Shown here one piece after another: positions 60,840 through 64,000 of a DNA stretch of 64,000 nucleotides; the stretch's first letter is position 1; the number at the start of each line of letters is the position of its first letter. The DNA is taken from contig CDRNVI010000193.1 of the NCBI GenBank assembly GCA_977017575.1, positions 4,323 through 68,322 on the forward strand. Reading direction: 5' to 3'. The notes beneath the pieces were generated by a model. That model had not been told where the DNA came from, did not search any database, and was given only the letters and a program-made list of their open reading frames with translations. A program made the position numbers and the translations under genes. The stretch is from Paramoeba atlantica (taxonomy: Eukaryota > Protista > Discosea).

Positions 60840-62854
60840 TCAAAAAAAAAAAGAACCAATTGTTTTTTGAGAACTATAATACTTTTCATGACATTCCTTA
60901 CAACATCGCTGGGGTCTAAACTCTTTTTAGAGAAAGAAAGACAAGAAAATAAGAGAAGAGAAAAAAACCCAACAAAATTGAGATCAGGCATTGGCACAGA
61001 TTGGTTTGCACATTCTCCACATACCAATGCACCACAACTATTTAAAAAAAAAAAAGGAAATAAAGAAAATAGAAAAAGAAAATTAAAAAAGAAAAAATAA
61101 TAGAAAAACTGAAAAAAGAGAAGAAATAAAGGAGAGGGAAATAAATTGGAATTAACGTAAACCTACGGCAATGGTGACGACGAAAAAGAGGTGTAAAAGT
61201 CTTATTACATTTCAAACAAGCTCCTAAAAAAAAAAAATGGTTCAGTGGGGGGAGAGAAATGAAAGGGAAAAAATGAAAGGGAAAAAAGGGAGAGAAAAAG
61301 AAGGAAGAGAAAAAAAAGAAAAAAAAAAAAAAAAGAGGAAAGCAGAGAAGAGATTTTTTTTAAGTTAGACACCCCACAGATGCCATTTTATTGAACAATA
61401 AAAAAAACTCAAAACTATCACTCCTCTCTCTCTCAAGAAGGGGGGAGGGGGGGGGGGATATTCAAGATATAGAACAGTTGAGGAGACCTGATTCGTGATT
61501 TGGTACCCAGAGAGGGGCAGATCTTTGTTTTTCTGCTGCTTCTTCTTCTTCTTCTTCTGGAAAGAAAAGGAATGAGAGAGAAAGAGGGAGGGAGGAAGAG
61601 AGAGGGAGGGAAGAGAGGGAGGGAAGAGAGGGAGGGGAGAGAAAAGAGGTGAGAGGTGAGAGGTGAGAGGTGAGAGGTGAGAGGTGAGAGATTAAGAAAG
61701 AAAAGAGAAAGAAAAAAACCAGGTGTCTCCTCAAAAGAAGAATAAGGGGATGTCGAGGTTTGTGCTGGTTTGACTGGTGTTGGATTTGTTTTTAAATTTC
61801 TATTAAATGAAAAAGGAAAATGAAAAAAGAGAAACAAAAAAGAAAAGAAAAAAGAGAAACAGAAAAGAAAAGAAAAAAGAAAAAAGAAAAAAGAAAAAAG
61901 AAAAGAAAAGAGAAAAAGGAAAAACCTTGGTGGAGGTTTTGGTGATGTTTTTGATGGTGTTTCTTCTTTCTCTTCTTCTTTCTCCTCTTCTTTCTCGCTT
62001 TTCTTCTCTTCTGTTTCCTCTTTTTTCTGTTCTTCTTTCTCTTCAATTTTCTTTTCTTCTTTCTCTTCAATTTTCTTTTCTTCTTTCTCCTCTTCTTTCT
62101 TTTCTTCTTTCTCCTCTTCTTTCTCCTCTTCTTTCTCCTTTTCTTTCTCCTCTTCCTTCTCCTCTTCTTTCTTTTCTTCTTTCTCTTCTTCTTCAATGGG
62201 GTCAACTGCAAAAAGAAAATACTTTAAAAAAAAAGAAAAAAGAAAAGAAAAGAAAAAAAGAAAAAAAAAAACCAATTTTTGGAAGCCAAGAAGGCCTCTT
62301 AATTGTTTTCTTTTTGATTGTCTCTTTCCTATTTTTTTTTTAATTAGTTCACAACAAATTGAAAAGAAAAAAAATAATAAAAAATAAAAAGAAAGAAAGA
62401 AAAGAACTTTGGTTTGTTCCATTTGATTGTTAATGTCTTTTCAGAAGAAGGCCCCTTTTTGAGAAGAGACCCTTTATTCATAAGAGACCCTCTCTTCTGG
62501 AGAGAAGACTCTCTCTTCGACGCATCTCTCTTTAAAAGAGAAGAGTCTCTCTTTGAAGAGTCTCTTCTTTCGAGAGGAGAGTCTCTCTTTTGGAGAGAAG
62601 ACCCTCTTCTTTGGAGAGAAGATCCTCTTCTTTGGAGGGATGGTTCTCTCTTTTGGATGAGAGACCCTCTTTTTGAGAGGGTTCCTTTTTTCTTCCCTGG
62701 GGAGAAAGGGTAAACAAAGGAGAAAGAGAGAAGAGAGAAAGAGAGAAAGGGAAAGGGAAAGGGAAAGAGAAAGAGACCAGCAGCTTCTTTTCCAGAATGA
62801 TGAAGAAGAATTTTTAGAGAATCTGTTTTCACTAAAAAAAAAATCAGAGAATGA

Positions 62855-62885
<31 letters not shown>

Positions 62886-63181
62886 AACCTATCATAGTAC
62901 CAGCATATTGCCAATATGCCGATAGAGAACGGTCTCCGTTCTTCTTTCGATCTTTGATCTTTTTAATTTTTTTGTTAGTGAGAAAAGAGAAGAGAGAAGA
63001 GAGAAGAGAGAAAAATAGAGAAAAAAAAAGAAAAGAAAAGAAAAAAAAAAAAAAAGAAAAAAAAAAAAAAGAAAAAAAAGAAAAAAAAAAAGAAAAAAGA
63101 AAAAAAAAAAACCTCAGTCTGAAGAGGAGCGACAAGTTTGGAGTAAACATCTTGAACCATATCACTAATTTTCTCTTCCAT
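60840..63181 (-). CDS. Multi-exon host gene: Glu/Lys-rich protein with a C-terminal FYVE zinc finger
   Basis: GT-AG exons joined in frame by hand: 63181-63113, 62958-62889, 62831-62778, 62696-62408, 62328-62273, 62205-61926, 61799-61720, 61556-61488, 61223-61163, 61037-60974, 60920-~60850. They give PLWVPNHESGACLKCNKTFTPLFRRHHCRSCGALVCGECANQSVPMPDLNFFRPQRCCKECHEK. Start and stop are uncertain. Confidence 0.85.
61354..61470 (-). mobile_element. Short LINE 3'-tail relic inside a FYVE-gene intron
   Basis: Minus strand: C-run, AATAAAATGGCATCTGTGGGGTGTCT and an A-run, resembling the LINE-A and LINE-B tails. Confidence 0.65.
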
Positions 63182-63332
63182 TTCCTTTTTGTTATTTATT
63201 ACTTTTTTGTTTTGATTCTAATTTTTTTTTGATTTTCTTTTATTAATTTTAATTTTTAATTTACTCTTCTTATTATTCTTTTTAGATGAACTATTCTTTT
63301 ATTCTTTATTTTCTTGTTTCTTGTTTCTTTAA

Positions 63333-63670
63333 TCATTCTTGAAGTAAATTCTTTCTTTTCTCTCTTTCTCTTTCGCCGCTCTTCTCTCTCCGAGAATTAT
63401 TAACTCTCAAAAAAAAAAGTAAAAGAAAAAGAAAATCCAAAAGAAAAAGAAAAAGGAAAAACAAAAAAATAAAATAAAATAAAATCATACATCAAGAATT
63501 TCAACCATCCTTTGTTGATGATCCCGAACAATCTCTTCAATCTCTTCTTTCTCTTCTCTCTCCAACCTCTCAATCTCTCCTTCTTCTTTCTCTTCTTTCT
63601 CTTTCTCTTCTTCCTCTTTCTCTTTTTTCTCTTCTCGCCTCTCCTCTATTTTCTCTACGACCATTTCCAT
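63333..63670 (-). CDS. Possible upstream Glu/Arg/Lys-rich exons (63670-63491 and ~63400-63333); link to the FYVE gene unresolved
   Basis: MEMVVEKIEERREE...MVEILD followed by donor gtatga; the next candidate exon ends in a stop in all frames I tried. Confidence 0.35.
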
Positions 63671-63983
63671 TATTATTAATTCTTTTCTTTAACTCCCTCT
63701 CCCTCTCTCTCTCTCTCTTTGTTCTCTTTTCTTTCTGTTTCTCTTTCCTTCTCTCTTCTTTTCCACTCTTTTTTGTTTCGCAAAAACAAAAAAAAAACGG
63801 TCACAAAATTAACATGTCGAAAATCCAAAAATGACTCATTTTAAATTTTTCCAACCCCCCAAAAAAATGAAACCGTTTTCGGTGAACGAATTTTGACCCA
63901 AAAAAAGAAGAAAAGAAAACGAAAAGACAAGAAAAATTAAGAAAAGCAAAGAAAAGAAAGGAAAGGAAAAGAGAGAGGAAAAT

Positions 63984-64000
63984 ATGGGTCAGGTTTGTGT
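63984..64000 (+). CDS. First codons of a divergently transcribed gene (MGQ, then intron)
   Basis: ATG GGT CAG followed by gtttgtgt, similar to the donor style of the neighbouring gene; window edge. Confidence 0.4.

Noticed and set aside
61433-63232. Long single ORFs 61433-62422, 62344-63165 and their antisense partners as genes
   Set aside because: They run through T-rich introns; only the exon subsets make coherent protein.

Overview
Eukaryotic DNA. The intron style and the transposable-element (TE) repertoire suggest an amoeboid protist, but that is inference only. About 60.5 kb of the window is a nested, CpG-depleted retroelement island and the last ~3.3 kb is intron-rich host sequence. 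The island holds: (i) a set of related non-LTR retrotransposons (labelled here LINE-A to LINE-D; apurinic endonuclease [APE] + RT + zinc finger + C-terminal RNase H), including one nearly intact 7-kb copy at 41711-48702; (ii) three Ty3/gypsy elements with both LTRs and target-site duplications (TSDs), two with chromodomain-like C-termini; (iii) two Ty1/copia elements plus an internally deleted relative; (iv) two Pol III-type SINE families (7 copies); (v) a TIR-bounded MITE and a small foldback. Nesting can be resolved at base level from TSDs, e.g. LINE-B > copia-1 > gypsy-2. Almost all TE reading frames are broken by CGA>TGA and related C>T/G>A changes. The host end carries a multi-exon FYVE-domain gene (minus strand) and the first codons of a divergent plus-strand gene. 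The most unusual signals are LINEs that begin with a 5' poly(A) lying inside the TSD and end in a covarying 3' hairpin, their unrecognised ORF1 and post-RNase H domains, copia priming on the anticodon arm of tRNA-Lys(CUU), and a core shared by two SINE families. All alignments, counts and boundaries were made by eye; family names are my own labels.
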